A stretch of 64,000 nucleotides of DNA, taken from an uncultured Actinomycetes bacterium. Its GTDB lineage: Bacteria > Actinomycetota > Acidimicrobiia > IMCC26256 > PALSA-610. The first letter of the stretch is position 1, and the number at the start of each line of letters is the position of its first letter. The stretch covers positions 66,402 to 130,401 of the forward strand of contig CAWIFT010000005.1 of assembly GCA_963835455.1 (NCBI GenBank). Direction: 5' to 3'. Shown here in pieces: positions 9,565 to 18,577 of the stretch. The notes under the pieces were generated by a model. It saw nothing but the letters and a program-made list of their open reading frames with translations, was not told the DNA's origin and ran no database searches. Position numbers and translations under genes: made by a program.

Positions 9565-11219
9565 ATGGCGACGATCGGAGATCTCGTACGCGCCCGCGCC
9601 GGTGACGGGCATGCCGGTCTGCGCTTCGAGGACGACGTGTGGACCTGGAACGAGGTCGTGGACGCGGCCGCGCAACGGGCCGCCTTCCTGCGTGCGCACG
9701 CACCGGCCGGCGCGCCGTTCCACGTCGGCGTGCTGCTCGACAACGTCCCCGAGTTCTGGTTCACGTTGTGCGCGGCCGCGCTCGCGGGCGCGACCGTGGT
9801 GGGGATCAACCCGACCCGACGCGGCGCCGAGCTCGCCCGCGACATCGCCCATACCGACTGCGCGTTCGTGCTCACCGAGACCGCGCACCTCGGGTTGTTC
9901 GATGCGGCGGGTGAGGTCGTGGCGCCCGACCGCATGCACGTCGTCGACTCGCCCGAGTGGTCCGAGTCGCTGGCCTCCTTCGTGGGTGCACCGGTCCCGG
10001 AACCGAGCGCGGCGACGGACGCCTTCATGCTGATCTTCACGTCCGGGACCACGGGTGCACCGAAAGCGGTGCGCATGGGTCCCGAGCGGCTCGCGGCCTA
10101 CGGCTCGAAGCTCGCGGAGATGTTCGGGCTGACCGCGGACGACGTGTGTTACTCCGTCATGCCGCTCTTCCACTCGAACGCCGCGGTCGCGGGATTCACG
10201 AACGTCGTCGCGTCCGGTGCGACCGGTGTGCTGCGCCGCCGGTTCTCGGCAACGAACTTCCTCCCCGACGTCCGGCGCTACGGAGTGACCTTCTTCAACT
10301 ACGTGGGCAAGCCGCTCAGCTACATCCTCGCCACGCCCGAACGCGACGACGACGCCGAGAACTCGCTGCGCTTCGCGTTCGGCAACGAGGCCGCGCCCCT
10401 CGACATCGACCGCTTCGCGGCGCGCTTCGGTTGCATCGTCGCCGACGGTTACGGCTCGACCGAGGGCGGCTTGAACATGTCCAAGACGCCGGACACGCCG
10501 AAGGGTTCGCTCGGGTTGCCCGTCGCGCCGATCCGGGCCGCGATCCTCGATCCCGACAGCGCGCGAGGAGTGCCCGCCGGCGGAGTTCGACGGCGACGGC
10601 CGATTGCTCAACGCGCGACGCCGCGATCGGTGAGATCGTGAACCCCGACGGCGGCGGTGGCTTCGAGGGGTACTACAACAATCCCGAGGCGGACGCCGAG
10701 CGGGTGCGCGACGGCGTCTACTGGACCGGCGACCTCGGCTACCGCGACGAACGCGGGTTCTTCTACTTCGCGGGCCGTTCGGGCGACTGGCTCCGCGTCG
10801 ACGGCGAGAACTTCGCCGCCACGCCCGTAGAGTTGGTGCTCGCGCGTCACCCCGATGTCGTGCTCGCCGCGGTCTACGCGGTGCCTTCGGTGGAAGTCGG
10901 CGACGAGGTCATGGCCGCGCTGCACCTCCGCGACGGTTCGACCTTCGACCCGGAAGCGTTCATTGCGTTCTTCGAGGCGCAGCCCGACGTCTCGCCCAAG
11001 TGGACGCCGCGGTTCGTGCGCGTGACCGACGGGCTGCCTTCGACCGCGACCCAGAAGGTGTTGAAGCGCGTGCTGCGGCACGAGCACTGGGAGTGTGACG
11101 ACCCGGTGTGGTGGCGACCCGGGCGCGAACCGGGCTACCGGCGTCTGACCGCAGACGACGTCGCCACGTTGCGCACCCAATTCGCCGAACGCGGTCGCGA
11201 GCACTTCATCGGCCGTTGA
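9565..11219 (+). pseudogene. Acyl-CoA synthetase / long-chain fatty-acid-CoA ligase (FadD-like), two frame changes
   Basis: AMP-binding motif IFTSGTTGAPKAV and YGSTEGG lie in ORF 9565..10641. The C-terminal domain (GEIV...YWTGDLGYRDERGFFYFAGR...STATQKVLK) lies in the frame of ORF 9957..11219. An intermediate piece, EECPPAEFDGDGRLLNA, is in the third frame. Frame shifts fall near 10560 and 10610. Confidence 0.85.
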
Positions 11220-11237
11220 CCGCGTGCCGCCGAGCGA

Positions 11238-12143
11238 GTGGTATGCACGGTGATGACCTGGCCCGACCTCACGCTCACGGAGTGGGAAGAGACGCGCGCC
11301 GCGCTGCACATGTGGACGCAGATCGTCGGCAAAGTGCGGCTTGCGCTCGAGCCGATGGTGAACCACTGGTGGCAAGTGCCGCTCTACGTTTCGGCGCGTG
11401 GGCTGACGACGTCGCTCATGCACGTCGGTGAGCGCGGGTTGGAGCTCGAGCTCGACTTCGTCGCTGCGGCGTTGCACGTGCGGACCACCGACGGTGACGA
11501 ACGCATCGTCACGTTCTTCGGGCGCCGCTCGGTTGCGAGCTTCTACGACGCGACGATGACCGCACTCTCGGAGCTCGGCGTGCAGGTGAAGATCCTCGCC
11601 CGGCCGGTCGAGGTCGAAGACGCGATTCCATTCGTGCAGGACGATCGGCGCGTGGACGATCTCTTCGCCGCGCGCCGCTTCTGGCTCGCGCTCGTGCAGA
11701 TCGATCGGGTGATGGTGCGCTTCCGGGCCCGCTTCATCGGCAAGGTGAGCCCGGTCCATTTCTTCTGGGGCGCCGCCGACCTCGCGGTCACCCGCTTCTC
11801 GGGCCGCACCGCGCCGTTGCACCCGGGCGGTGTCCCCAACTGCGCCGACTGGGTGCAGCAGCTCGCGTACAGCCACGAGGTGAGCAGCTGCGGGTTCTGG
11901 CCCGGGGGGAGCGACGAGGGATCGTTCTACTCCTACGCCTATCCCGCGCCCGTGGGGTTCGCCGACTTCCCGATCACGACGCCGGGCGCGTACTTCGACG
12001 CCGCGCTCGGCGAGTTCCTCCTGCCGTACCGCGCGGTGCGGACGGCGGTCGATCCCGACGCGCTGCTCACCGACTTCTTCCAGCAGACCTACGTGGCCGC
12101 GGCCGAGCTCGCCCGCTGGGATCGGGCCGCGCTCGAGTCCTAG
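11238..12143 (+). CDS. DUF5996-family protein
   Basis: WPDLTLTEWEETRAALHMWTQIVGKVRLALEPMVNHWWQVPLYVSARGLTT matches the family pattern. The frame is intact. An alternative ATG start lies at 11253. Confidence 0.75.
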   Translation: MVCTVMTWPDLTLTEWEETRAALHMWTQIVGKVRLALEPMVNHWWQVPLYVSARGLTTSLMHVGERGLELELDFVAAALHVRTTDGDERIVTFFGRRSVASFYDATMTALSELGVQVKILARPVEVEDAIPFVQDDRRVDDLFAARRFWLALVQIDRVMVRFRARFIGKVSPVHFFWGAADLAVTRFSGRTAPLHPGGVPNCADWVQQLAYSHEVSSCGFWPGGSDEGSFYSYAYPAPVGFADFPITTPGAYFDAALGEFLLPYRAVRTAVDPDALLTDFFQQTYVAAAELARWDRAALES

Positions 12144-12278
12144 ACCGACCCTCGCTGCGTTTCACCCGCACGTAGCGGTGACGTCGACGATTGGAAACAT
12201 GCGGGCTGCACCATGGCCCCGGGTCAGAGAACACCCCCCATGTCCCCGGCCCGCACGGATGCACACACTCAGGACGTT

Positions 12279-12321
12279 GGGTCGTCCGCAACAACGCTCC
12301 CCCCGGGGTTGCGGACGACCC
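12279..12321 (+). other. Perfect 14-bp-stem hairpin in the intergenic region
   Basis: GGGTCGTCCGCAAC (12279-12292), a 15-nt C/G-rich loop, then GTTGCGGACGACCC (12308-12321). It lies 136 nt after the DUF5996 stop and 47 nt before the next start. No T-tract follows. Confidence 0.6.
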
Positions 12322-12367
12322 GAGTCCGGTGTCCAAAGGGGCAGGAGCCGGTTCCGGGAAACATGAG

Positions 12368-12595
12368 ATGGATCTGAACGCTGCCGACGAGGAATCGATG
12401 ATCAGAGCGGCGGTCGCCGGCCTCGGGAGCCGGTTCGCGTCCATGGACCGGTCCCGCATCGAATCGGTGGTGCAGCGCCTCGTCCGGGAGTGGTTCGCGA
12501 CCGCACGGGTGAAGACCTTCGTCGGCGTCATCGCCGAACGGCATGCGCGTGCCGAACTGCTCCAGCTGCGCGCCGACGCCGAAACGGGCGCCTGA
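12368..12595 (+). CDS. Three-helix-bundle dimerisation-domain small protein
   Basis: 75 aa. The sequence RFASMDRSRIESVVQRLVREWFATARVKTFVGVIAERHARAELL matches the actinobacterial small-protein family of that name. Confidence 0.65.
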   Translation: MDLNAADEESMIRAAVAGLGSRFASMDRSRIESVVQRLVREWFATARVKTFVGVIAERHARAELLQLRADAETGA

Positions 12596-12598
12596 CGG

Positions 12599-13468
12599 TC
12601 ACCCGTCCAGGGTGATCTCGAGCTCGGCGATGCGATCGGGGTCGGCGACCATGTCGATCTCGGCGATCTTGGCGTCGAGGATCGTGAGGGCAAAGACGAC
12701 ACGCGGTACCCCGCCCTGGGCCCACACCAGTGCGACGTCGTGATCGACGAGCGCCGGCTGCGCGGCTTTGGCCCGGCCCGCGAACGTCTCGGCCACCGCG
12801 GCCGCGCCGGCGGCCTCGGTCGCACCGGCCTGCAGCGCGGCGGCGTCGGCCCGCAGCACGACATCGGGATCCAGCAGCGCGAGCAGCGCGTCGAAGTCGC
12901 CGCGGCGCGACGCGGCGAGAAACGCGTCCACGACCGCACGCTCGCGCGTTCGATCGGCATCGACCTGCGTGTCGGCGCCCTGGACCCGCCGGCGCGCGCG
13001 GCTGGCGAGCTGCCGCGTCGCGGCCGGCGTGCGGCCGACGACGGGTGCGATCTCGTCGAACGGGACCGCGAACATGTCGTGCAGCACGAACGCGAGCCGT
13101 TCGGTCGGGGTGAGGAGATCGAGCACGACGAGCAGCGCGGGTCCGACCGAATCGGCCACCAGCACGGCGCGCTCGGGATCGAAGCCGTCGTCTCGCGGGT
13201 GCTCCGGATCATCGCGGTGCGCATCGATCGGCTCTTCACGCCGCGTCGTGCGGGACCGCAACATGTTCAAGCACACGCGCGCCGCGATCGTCGTCAGCCA
13301 GCCACCGAGATTCTCGACGCCCTCGGTGCCGGAACGACTGACGCGGATCCAGGTGTCCTGCACCGCATCGTCGGCTTCGCTCGGCGACCCGAGCATCCGG
13401 TACGCAACCGCGCGCAGGCGCGGGCGGTTCTCCTCGAACTGCTCTGCCAACCACTCGTCGTCGTTCAC
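12599..13468 (-). CDS. ECF (sigma-70 family) sigma factor with C-terminal SnoaL-like extension (SigJ/ECF41-like)
   Basis: Region 2 (RPRLRAVAYRMLGSPSEADDAVQDTWIRV), region 4 (LTPTERLAFVLHDMFAVPFDEIAPVVGRTPAATRQLASRARRRV) and a C-terminal extension of about 110 aa. The GTG start at 13468 overlaps the upstream stop (GTGA). Confidence 0.85.
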   Translation of the reverse strand: MNDDEWLAEQFEENRPRLRAVAYRMLGSPSEADDAVQDTWIRVSRSGTEGVENLGGWLTTIAARVCLNMLRSRTTRREEPIDAHRDDPEHPRDDGFDPERAVLVADSVGPALLVVLDLLTPTERLAFVLHDMFAVPFDEIAPVVGRTPAATRQLASRARRRVQGADTQVDADRTRERAVVDAFLAASRRGDFDALLALLDPDVVLRADAAALQAGATEAAGAAAVAETFAGRAKAAQPALVDHDVALVWAQGGVPRVVFALTILDAKIAEIDMVADPDRIAELEITLDG

Positions 13469-14871
13469 GGCGCGGAGTCGCTCGGCAGGTCGCCGCGGTC
13501 GATCGCGCGGCACAGGAGTTCGTGATCGCGTTCGGTCTGATCGGCGTACGCGACCGCGAACTCTGTGATCGCGCGATCGAACGAGTCGCCCGATCCGATG
13601 TATCCGAGCGTCGCGACCGGATCGCCGCTCCGGGCGTGTGCGCGCGCGAGTGTCCAGCCGCACAGTTCGGCGAACAGCGCCATGCCGTCGGCGTCCATCT
13701 GCTCGGTGTCGAACCGGCCCTTCATGTCCCAGAGTTGGCGCACGTAGTAGTCGATACCCTCGACCCCTGCATTGGCGGCGTCACCGTTCTCGCTACCGGT
13801 CCACCCGAGGAGGATGTCGCCCGCGGCCTGCAGCAGGCGCTTTCCTTCCACGACGCGTTGACCCTGGTTCGCATAGCGGCACGCACCCGCGTACGGCTCG
13901 AGTACCGAACGACCCGCCTGTTTCATCTGCAAGATGATGGAGTTGTCGGCGTTGCCGTCGTGACTCTCGAAGAGCGCGACCCAGCACCGGGTGCCGACAC
14001 TTCCGACCCCGCCCACCCGGATCGCGTAGTCGACGAGCTCGTAACGGTCGAACAGGACGCGTAGGTGGTGGCGCAAGCTCTCTCGATACGAGTCCACGAC
14101 GCGCGCCACGACCTCCTCGTCGCGGGGCTCGTGATAGATGAGCGGCGGGTCTTCGCGTAGGCGCGTATGGCCATCGACGACCGTGGTGAATCGGCGGAGC
14201 GCCTGTTGGTGACTCTTGTCGCGGGCGCGGCTCATGCGCTTGCGCAACATGCGGTTCTGCTTGCGCCCGAGGTTCTCGCGCTTCAAGACGGATTCGAGCG
14301 TGTCGGAATCGATGCGCGAATACCAGATGTCGAGCGCGCTCTGGTTGGCGTATTCCTTGGTGTGCCGGTGGTACGACTGTGAGGCCTTGGTGGCGACGTT
14401 CCGGCATTCGCGCGCGGAGAACCCGTTGTGCCGGCCGGCGACGATCGCACTCGCGGCGAGGCGTTTGAGGTCCCATTCGAACGGTGCCGGCAGCGTCTCG
14501 TCGAAGTCGTTGAGGTCGAAGTTGAGCGCGCGTTCGGGAGTACCGAGCAGGCGAAAGTTTCCGATGTGCGCGTCGCCGCACGCCTGCACGCGCAGCCCGG
14601 ACTGGGGGGTCGTCGCGAGATCGGCGGCCATGATCCCGGCCGACCCGCGGAGGAAGCCGAACGGCGACGCCGCCATGCGCCCGTAGCGGAGCCCCAGGAG
14701 CTCAGGGAGGCGGTCGGCCTCGGTGGCGCGGAGCGCGGCGATCGGGTCGCCGCGGGTGTCGGGGGGCGACCAGGCCGCCTGGTGTGCGCGCGGCACCGCG
14801 GTGCGTATGGCTCGCCCGGCCCCGCTGCGCTCGGCCGCGCTCGGGAGCCTCGGTGCTCCGCCCTCGGTCAT
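13465..14871 (-). CDS. DUF2252-domain protein
   Basis: 468 aa. The sequence LLGLRYGRMAASPFGFLRGSAGIMAADL...QACGDAHIGNF...FDLNDFDET is characteristic of DUF2252. Confidence 0.85.
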   Translation of the reverse strand: MTEGGAPRLPSAAERSGAGRAIRTAVPRAHQAAWSPPDTRGDPIAALRATEADRLPELLGLRYGRMAASPFGFLRGSAGIMAADLATTPQSGLRVQACGDAHIGNFRLLGTPERALNFDLNDFDETLPAPFEWDLKRLAASAIVAGRHNGFSARECRNVATKASQSYHRHTKEYANQSALDIWYSRIDSDTLESVLKRENLGRKQNRMLRKRMSRARDKSHQQALRRFTTVVDGHTRLREDPPLIYHEPRDEEVVARVVDSYRESLRHHLRVLFDRYELVDYAIRVGGVGSVGTRCWVALFESHDGNADNSIILQMKQAGRSVLEPYAGACRYANQGQRVVEGKRLLQAAGDILLGWTGSENGDAANAGVEGIDYYVRQLWDMKGRFDTEQMDADGMALFAELCGWTLARAHARSGDPVATLGYIGSGDSFDRAITEFAVAYADQTERDHELLCRAIDRGDLPSDSAP

Positions 14872-14877
14872 GGCGGG

Positions 14878-14883
14878 ATATTA
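14878..14883 (-). promoter_or_regulatory. Candidate -10 hexamer TAATAT, implying a leaderless DUF2252-sigma transcript
   Basis: On the minus strand, TAATAT ends 6 nt before the ATG at 14871, and there is no Shine-Dalgarno sequence in between. Confidence 0.35.
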
Positions 14884-14955
14884 AGGACCGAGTTTGGACT
14901 TCGCCGACGCGCGGGCAAAGATCCGGGCCGACTTGGCGCCGAGAGGAACCGTGAC

Positions 14956-15435
14956 GTGAGCCCCAGCAATGCCGGATCGAGCGATGCCGGCGTGATCGTG
15001 TTGTGTGTCGACGGGTCGGACCTCGCGACGAAGGCAGTGGCCGCCGGATTCGAGCTCGTTCGAGCCGCGGGGACGCCGCTGGTGGTCACCGTCGTCGAGG
15101 CGAGCGACGAGTCGCTCGTCACGGGGGGCGGGCACTTCGGCGGCGTCATGTCGGCCGAGGAGCTCTCGGAACGCGACACCGTGCTCGAAGCCGAGGGGCG
15201 AACGGTCGCGGAACAGGCCGCGGCCGCGCTGGGGATCGACGCGGCCGAGATCCGGGTCGTGCGCGGCGATCCCGGCCCCGCGTTGTGCGCGCTCGCCACC
15301 GAAGTTTCCGCGCGGGCGCTCGTCGTGGGTTCGCGCGGCCGCGGCGGCATCAAGCGCGCGCTGCTCGGATCGGTGTCCGACTACCTGGTGCGCAACGCGC
15401 CGTGCTCGGTGGTCATCACCGGCCCGGCGGGCTGA
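14956..15435 (+). CDS. Universal stress protein (UspA family)
   Basis: GTG at 14956 preceded by GAGAGGA. The sequence runs VIVLCVDGS...LVVGSRGRGGIKRALLGSVSDYLVRNAPCSVVI. Confidence 0.85.
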   Translation: MSPSNAGSSDAGVIVLCVDGSDLATKAVAAGFELVRAAGTPLVVTVVEASDESLVTGGGHFGGVMSAEELSERDTVLEAEGRTVAEQAAAALGIDAAEIRVVRGDPGPALCALATEVSARALVVGSRGRGGIKRALLGSVSDYLVRNAPCSVVITGPAG

Positions 15436-15458
15436 ACCCGACGGTCGCACCCGGCGAG

Positions 15459-15485
15459 CGGTCGGAGGTGCGCAGCGCACGACCG
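15459..15485. terminator. Candidate bidirectional stem-loop between convergent genes
   Basis: CGGTCG...GTGCGC-A-GCGCAC...CGACCG nested inverted repeats between the USP stop and the stop of the 15490..15753 gene. No U-tract. Confidence 0.3.
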
Positions 15486-15489
15486 GAGG

Positions 15490-15753
15490 TCATGCGTCGA
15501 CCGGTTCGCCGATCTCGCGCAGCGCCGTGGCGAGCGCGGCGCGGAGGCGGCGAGCGGTCGCCGGACTCAGATGGCCGACGAGCCCGGTTCCCGGTTTCCC
15601 CGCCTCCTCGACGGTCAGCTCGATGCGCGGGTCCACGCACTCTTCGCAATCGTCGAGCACGGCAACGATCCAGGTGATCTGCACTCGTTCCGGGTCGTCC
15701 GCCGGGTGATCATCGCTGCCATAGTCAGCCAACTTCTTCATGGCCCGAGTCAA
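15490..15753 (-). CDS. Small acidic hypothetical protein
   Basis: 87-aa ORF with good G+C third-position bias. An alternative start, MKKLADYG, lies at 15741. I recognise no family. Confidence 0.5.
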   Translation of the reverse strand: MTRAMKKLADYGSDDHPADDPERVQITWIVAVLDDCEECVDPRIELTVEEAGKPGTGLVGHLSPATARRLRAALATALREIGEPVDA

Positions 15754-15831
15754 TCACGCGCGCAGTACTCGTATGCGTGACGATTCGTCTGTAGCGTTCC
15801 GCGGAGATCCGTACTCGCAGAGGGGGTTTCG

Positions 15832-16545
15832 ATGTCGCAACGAGCTCGAATAGCGCTGGCGGAAGCAATCGGTACGTTGATCTTGGTCGTTGGTGGTCCC
15901 GGCACGGCGATCCTTGCGACGGGCCGGTTCACTCCGGGCAGCTCGGTCACGGTGCTCGGCGTTGCGATCGCGTTCGGGCTCAGCCTGTTGTGCGCCGCGT
16001 ACGCGATCGGATCCATCAGTGGTTGCCACATCAATCCCGCGGTCACGGCCGGTCTGTGGGTGATCGGCAAGACGAAGTCGGGCGACGTCCCGTTCTACAT
16101 GGGCGGGCAGGTGGTGGGTGGCCTCGTCGGCGCGCTGATCATCTTCGTCATCGCCAACAGTCACTCCGGCTTCAGTGCGAAGGCGTCCGGTTTCGCATCG
16201 AACGGCTACGGCTCGCATTCCCCCGGCTTGTTCAAGCTGCCCGCGGTGATCCTGATGGAAGTCGTGTTCACCGCGCTGTTCATCTTCGTCATCGCGAGCA
16301 CGAGCCGGAAGTCGATGTCACCGGGATTCACCGGCATCACCGTCGGACTCATGCTCACGCTCATCCACCTCGTCACGATCCCGGTCGACAACACGTCGGT
16401 GAACCCGGCGCGCAGCATCGCGACGGCCGTGTTCCAGCACACGTGGGCGCTCAAGGAGCTGTGGGTGTTCATCGTGTTCCCGATCGTCGGCGGCATCCTC
16501 GGCGGATTGCTCTGGAAGGCGCTGGTTCCCGCGGACGACGAGTGA
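15832..16545 (+). CDS. aqpZ: Aquaporin Z (MIP family channel)
   Basis: Two NPA boxes (HINPAVT, VNPARS) and six hydrophobic segments. GGGGG Shine-Dalgarno-like run upstream. Confidence 0.92.
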   Translation: MSQRARIALAEAIGTLILVVGGPGTAILATGRFTPGSSVTVLGVAIAFGLSLLCAAYAIGSISGCHINPAVTAGLWVIGKTKSGDVPFYMGGQVVGGLVGALIIFVIANSHSGFSAKASGFASNGYGSHSPGLFKLPAVILMEVVFTALFIFVIASTSRKSMSPGFTGITVGLMLTLIHLVTIPVDNTSVNPARSIATAVFQHTWALKELWVFIVFPIVGGILGGLLWKALVPADDE

Positions 16546-16553
16546 CGGATGGA

Positions 16554-16949
16554 TCAGGCGGGGAATCGCTCGACCGGTAGTCCCGCGGCTCGCCACGCCC
16601 GGAATCCGCCGATGAGATCGGTCGCGCGCTGCAGGCCGAGCTGCTGCAGTGACGCGGCCGCGAGGCTGGACGCGTAACCCTCGTCGCACACCACCACCAC
16701 GACCTGCTCGTACGACGTCACCTCGGGAATGCGGTGCGCGCCGACGGGATCGAGTCGCCATTCGAGAACATTGCGGCCGACCGCGACCGCGCCCGGGATC
16801 ACTCCGTCGCGGACGCGCAGCTCCAGCGGCCGGATGTCGACGACGAGGGCACCCTCGGCGGCGGCCTGTCGTGCTCCGGCCGGTGACACGCGTTCGAGCG
16901 ACGCGCGCGCCGCTTCGAGGAGCTCGTCAACCGTGCGCGGTTCGGGCAT
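16554..16949 (-). CDS. Rhodanese-like domain protein
   Basis: 131 aa with the active-site loop VVVVCDEGYASS and GGFRAWRAAGLPV. Confidence 0.8.
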   Translation of the reverse strand: MPEPRTVDELLEAARASLERVSPAGARQAAAEGALVVDIRPLELRVRDGVIPGAVAVGRNVLEWRLDPVGAHRIPEVTSYEQVVVVVCDEGYASSLAAASLQQLGLQRATDLIGGFRAWRAAGLPVERFPA

Positions 16950-17068
16950 CGGCCCCCAACGTATCCACGCGGCCCGGAATCTTCACACGTTCGGGGCGCC
17001 GAGGGGTGATCGATAACAACAAATACCATGGAAATAGTTGAGATAGCGACCGCGACCGTCCGGAGTTT

Positions 17069-17087
17069 CCCGGATGTTGGATCCGGG
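17069..17087 (+). promoter_or_regulatory. 7-bp inverted repeat CCCGGAT-GTTGG-ATCCGGG upstream of the NuoF-like gene
   Basis: Perfect inverted repeat 15 nt before the ATG at 17102, in the lower-GC divergent region shared with the rhodanese gene. Confidence 0.3.
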
Positions 17088-17101
17088 TAGCTTGGCGCAC
17101 C

Positions 17102-18577
17102 ATGACGCTTGTGCATCGGGTCCTGTACCCCACGCCGATCGGGACGCTCGACGAATACACCAAGGCCCGAGGCGGCAAGGGCCTCGCCGCGGCTCGGGCG
17201 ATGAGCGCCGAGGAGATCATCGAGCAGCTCGAGGCATCCGGACTCCGCGGCCGCGGCGGTGCGGGCTTCCCGACCGGGCGCAAGTGGCGCACCGTGCGCG
17301 ACTACTGCTCCAACTTCGAGCGCACGTCCGTGGTGATCAATGCCGCCGAAGGTGAACCGGGCACGTTCAAAGACCGCACCATCCTCCGCAACGACCCGTT
17401 TCAGGTGCTCGAGGGGGCGGTGATCGCCGCATTGGCCCTCAATGCCGACCAGATCATCGTCGGCACCAAGCAATCCTTCACCGCCGAGGTCGAACGGCTG
17501 CGCGCGGCGGTTGCCGAGATCACGAGCGCGGGCTGGGTCGACGGCATCGAGATCTCCGTCTTCGGGGGCCCGAACGAGTATCTCTACGGCGAAGAGACGG
17601 CGTTGTTGGAGACGATCGACGGGCGGTACCCGTTCCCGCGCATCGCCCCTCCGTACCGGCGTGGCGTTCGCGAGGTCGTCGAGTCGGCCGCCGACATCGG
17701 TGCCGACAGCGGACTCTCGGCGCACGTCGAGATGGCCGGACCCGACGCCGACACCGAAGCCCCGCCCGCGCTGGTCGACAACGTCGAGACGTTCGCGAAC
17801 GTCGCTCGGATCGTGGCGCGCGGCGCGGACTGGTTCCGCACCGAGGGGACCCCGGAATCGCCGGGAACGATCGTGTGCACGGTGACGGGCTCGACCGTTC
17901 ACAGCGGCGTCGGCGAGGTCGTCATGGGAACGCCGCTGCGCGAGGTCATCGAGGCGATCGGCGGGGGCGCGCGGCCCGGTCGCGAGATCCGCGCGGTGTT
18001 GCCGGGTGTCTCGAACACGTTCATCACCGGCGCCGCGCTCGACACCCCCGTGAGCTACGAAGCCCTGGCTGCGATCGGCAGCGGACTCGGTTCGGGGGGC
18101 TTCGTCGTGTACGACGACTCCGACGATCTCGTCGCGGTCGCGGCAGGCGTCTCTCGGTTCCTCGCGGTGGAGTCGTGCGGGCAGTGCACACCCTGCAAGC
18201 TCGACGGGCTCCGCATCGCCGAACTGCTGGCGGCGACGACGCGCGGCGAAGCCGCCGCCAACGACATCGACGAACTGCGATCGCGGATCGCGAAGGTCGC
18301 CGACGGCGCCCGCTGCTCGCTGGCGACGCAGCAACAGGTGATCGCGGCGAGCCTGCTCGAGCGGTTTCCGAACGAGGTCGCCGCGCACCTCGACAAGACG
18401 GCGCGTGCTTCGGCCCCCGTGGCGGTCGCCGAACTGGTCGGCATCACGAATGGCGTCGCCCGCATCGACGAACGACATGGCGCGAAACAACCCGACTGGA
18501 CCTACGACCCCGTGGACTCCGGCAAGTCGCCCGCGGCGCGGCTCGGGGAGCACCGCGACCCCCAGGCCCTCGCCTGA
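17102..18577 (+). CDS. Stand-alone NuoF-like (complex I 51-kDa family) FMN/NADH/[4Fe-4S] flavoprotein
   Basis: GRGGAGFPTGRKW (FMN site), AAEGEPGTFKDR (NADH site), YLYGEETALLE, and ESCGQCTPCK...ARCSLAT (N3-type cluster cysteines). A C-terminal tail of about 90 aa follows. There is no nuoE/nuoG neighbour. Confidence 0.85.
   Translation: MTLVHRVLYPTPIGTLDEYTKARGGKGLAAARAMSAEEIIEQLEASGLRGRGGAGFPTGRKWRTVRDYCSNFERTSVVINAAEGEPGTFKDRTILRNDPFQVLEGAVIAALALNADQIIVGTKQSFTAEVERLRAAVAEITSAGWVDGIEISVFGGPNEYLYGEETALLETIDGRYPFPRIAPPYRRGVREVVESAADIGADSGLSAHVEMAGPDADTEAPPALVDNVETFANVARIVARGADWFRTEGTPESPGTIVCTVTGSTVHSGVGEVVMGTPLREVIEAIGGGARPGREIRAVLPGVSNTFITGAALDTPVSYEALAAIGSGLGSGGFVVYDDSDDLVAVAAGVSRFLAVESCGQCTPCKLDGLRIAELLAATTRGEAAANDIDELRSRIAKVADGARCSLATQQQVIAASLLERFPNEVAAHLDKTARASAPVAVAELVGITNGVARIDERHGAKQPDWTYDPVDSGKSPAARLGEHRDPQALA

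Noticed and set aside
16799-18553. 584-aa minus-strand ORF
   Set aside because: It is antisense to the NuoF-like gene, whose cofactor motifs are unambiguous. No recognisable motifs and low-complexity composition.
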